Source of the DNA: Longimicrobiales bacterium
Lineage (GTDB): Bacteria > Gemmatimonadota > Gemmatimonadetes > Longimicrobiales > Gaopeijiaceae
Assembly (NCBI GenBank): GCA_965248195.1
Contig: CBDFIQ010000002.1
Span: 1,088,001-1,152,000 of the forward strand
DNA length: 64,000 nt
Reading direction: 5' to 3'
Shown piece by piece: positions 62,384 through 64,000 of this stretch. Under the pieces are notes generated by a model. It was not told the DNA's origin, made no database searches, and saw only the letters and a program-made list of their open reading frames with translations. Position numbers and translations under genes: made by a program. The first letter of the stretch is position 1. The number at the start of each line of letters is the position of its first letter.

Positions 62384-63022
62384 CTAGAAGATCGCTAATC
62401 CCAGATGGGTCTGGACCGAGAGGGTCCGGTTCTTCAGCGCGTCGGTCGAGATCTTGTTGATCGAGGTCATCCCGGTCGTGTACCGCACATCGAATCCAGT
62501 GTAGAGGATCCCGCCCAGGGCGAAGCTGATGCCGAGACCGGCCGTGCCCCCGATGTCGGTTTGCTTGAAGCTGGGTCCATTGACTAGCTGGTCACATTTC
62601 TGGGCGGTGGCGAGACCCTCAGTGAGGTCACAGCCGATCCTGAACCCGAAGGTCGGGCCAAGCACGAGGTGGACCGTGGCGGCTCCCGCGGACACGATCG
62701 GCATGCGGACGTGGACCGGTACTTCGATGTATTCGAGGTCGATGAGCCGCAAGACCTCCTGCTGCGTCGCCGGGTCTGTGAGGATGTCCTCGACACCTCT
62801 CTGAGACCAATCGGCTCCGAGGTTGAGGCCCAAGCCACCCATCGGAACGATAAGATCGATGCCGAAGACCATTCCGGCCTGGTTCGCGGCCCCTTGGAGG
62901 TCCGATCCGCCCAATGCGCCGCTCAACTGGGAAAGATTCATCCCGCCGGAGACCTCCAACTGCCCCTCAACCGGGAGTGCTGTAAGGGCCACGATCATGG
63001 CCACAAGATGAAGAGTTTTCAT
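62384..63022 (-). CDS. Outer-membrane beta-barrel (porin-like) protein
   Basis: Signal peptide, L.YIEVP, GP..G, terminal aromatic residue. Confidence 0.8.
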   Translation of the reverse strand: MKTLHLVAMIVALTALPVEGQLEVSGGMNLSQLSGALGGSDLQGAANQAGMVFGIDLIVPMGGLGLNLGADWSQRGVEDILTDPATQQEVLRLIDLEYIEVPVHVRMPIVSAGAATVHLVLGPTFGFRIGCDLTEGLATAQKCDQLVNGPSFKQTDIGGTAGLGISFALGGILYTGFDVRYTTGMTSINKISTDALKNRTLSVQTHLGLAIF

Positions 63023-63262
63023 GGTTCGCTTCCTGATAGAGTCATCAACAAATGGGCTGCGTATCGAGCGTGGAGCTCTATTTCCACGCTATCCGCGGTA
63101 AACGTACGGCGCAACGAAAAAAAAACGGCCTGAGCCTTGGAGCAGGAGTCCGCCCGCGAAACGGATCCAAAGACGTGCTCGTAGGGTTTAGAATAGCGTG
63201 AGGCGCTCGCCCTCTTCGGGGGCAGAGGCGCCCACGACGGACCATTGGCAAGGATGTGAATC

Positions 63263-63538
63263 ATGCTCGGGCTGCTTGGACTGGGTATCGCGGCGGCGGC
63301 GGGGATCGTTGGGCATACGAGAGCCCGGAGTTTCGTCGGACGCCGACTACGGTTTACGAGCCTCGTGGAGAAGCCGTACCTCGGCGTGGCGGCCGGGGTC
63401 ACGGCGACCGTCGTGGCGTCTCCGTTGGCCTGGCTTCCGCTGGTGAGCGTCGGCACGGCCATCGCCTTCGGGACCGGTGTCGGAACCGGTGCGGCGCTCG
63501 GCGCCAGGGACGCCAAGAGGCCTCTAATAGAAGATTGA
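63263..63538 (+). CDS. Small Gly/Ala-rich membrane protein
   Basis: Hydrophobic helices, FVGRRLRF. Confidence 0.6.
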   Translation: MLGLLGLGIAAAAGIVGHTRARSFVGRRLRFTSLVEKPYLGVAAGVTATVVASPLAWLPLVSVGTAIAFGTGVGTGAALGARDAKRPLIED

Positions 63539-63596
63539 TCTTTCTGGATCGGCGGGGCGACCTCGTGGCGTCGTCGCTTCCTTTTTAGCTTCGAAC

Positions 63597-64000
63597 ATGG
63601 AATCCAGCTCTGTCCCCCGTATGGGGCGGTCTCGATGGATCGCCGCTTTGGGCGTTTCCTTCCTCGCGCTTCTCGCGTTGGCACTCGTGCCGGCGTTTCT
63701 CGAGCGGCAGGAAGCTAGGCTGGAGCGGGAGCTCGCCGTGTTCTCCCAGGCTCGCCCCATGTTTCCCGAGATTCAGCTCGTCCATTCTCGAGAAATGATG
63801 CGAATCGAGCAGTATGTGAGCTCGGGCGACTCGAGCTTCGTCGGCCTGTATCAGGACCACCTCAGACGGGAAGGGCAACTTCTCGACGACCTGAGACGGG
63901 TGATCAGCGGGATGCCGCCGACCTACCGGGTGGAGCTGAGTCAGGTCGAGTCCCGCGCCAACGACTGGCGGGTGCTCCATTCACCGCTCATGGAAGCGGG
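63597..64000 (+). CDS. Probable sensor protein N-terminus (runs off the window)
   Basis: TM helix followed by a helical periplasmic-type region; open to the window end. Confidence 0.55.
   Translation, partial: MESSSVPRMGRSRWIAALGVSFLALLALALVPAFLERQEARLERELAVFSQARPMFPEIQLVHSREMMRIEQYVSSGDSSFVGLYQDHLRREGQLLDDLRRVISGMPPTYRVELSQVESRANDWRVLHSPLMEA

Noticed and set aside
1..64000. CRISPR array or cas genes
   Set aside because: No regularly spaced repeat-spacer array or Cas motifs seen; the tandem repeats are in-frame coding repeats.

Overview
GC-rich bacterial chromosome segment, probably Gemmatimonadota (inferred from gene order and protein styles; no database was searched). (1) 1-21.7 kb is housekeeping: GDPD end, tilS, ftsH, cdaA, exbB-exbD-exbD-tonB, yggS, divIVA, ileS (type 2, GLHH motif), rluD, an unusual tandem DnaA-like AAA+ / DUF4388-TPR / HEXXH peptidase trio, a sigma-54 response regulator, an aldehyde dehydrogenase and an O-methyltransferase. 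(2) About 21.7-59.3 kb is a heavily reworked accessory region centred on tRNA-Val(TAC). A 24-kb integrative element (42-bp att repeats at 25260-25301 and 49297-49338) carries an intact integrase, xis/HTH genes, an AAA_25 helicase, a repressor, terS and scaffold/major-capsid remnants, so it looks like a phage satellite or decayed prophage. It also carries a three-gene GHKL-ATPase operon with its own promoter and operator palindrome (best candidate for an undescribed, possibly defence, system), a second P4-type integrase and nested IS110/IS256/IS3 elements. Further integrase relics lie on both sides of the tRNA. The region also holds four IS256 copies with the same transposase, a roughly 55-70 bp leader module repeated upstream of unrelated genes, PQQ dehydrogenases and many gene fragments. 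(3) 59.3-64 kb: LVIVD protein, MBL hydrolase, outer-membrane barrel, small membrane protein and the start of a probable sensor protein. All family calls come from motif recognition by eye.
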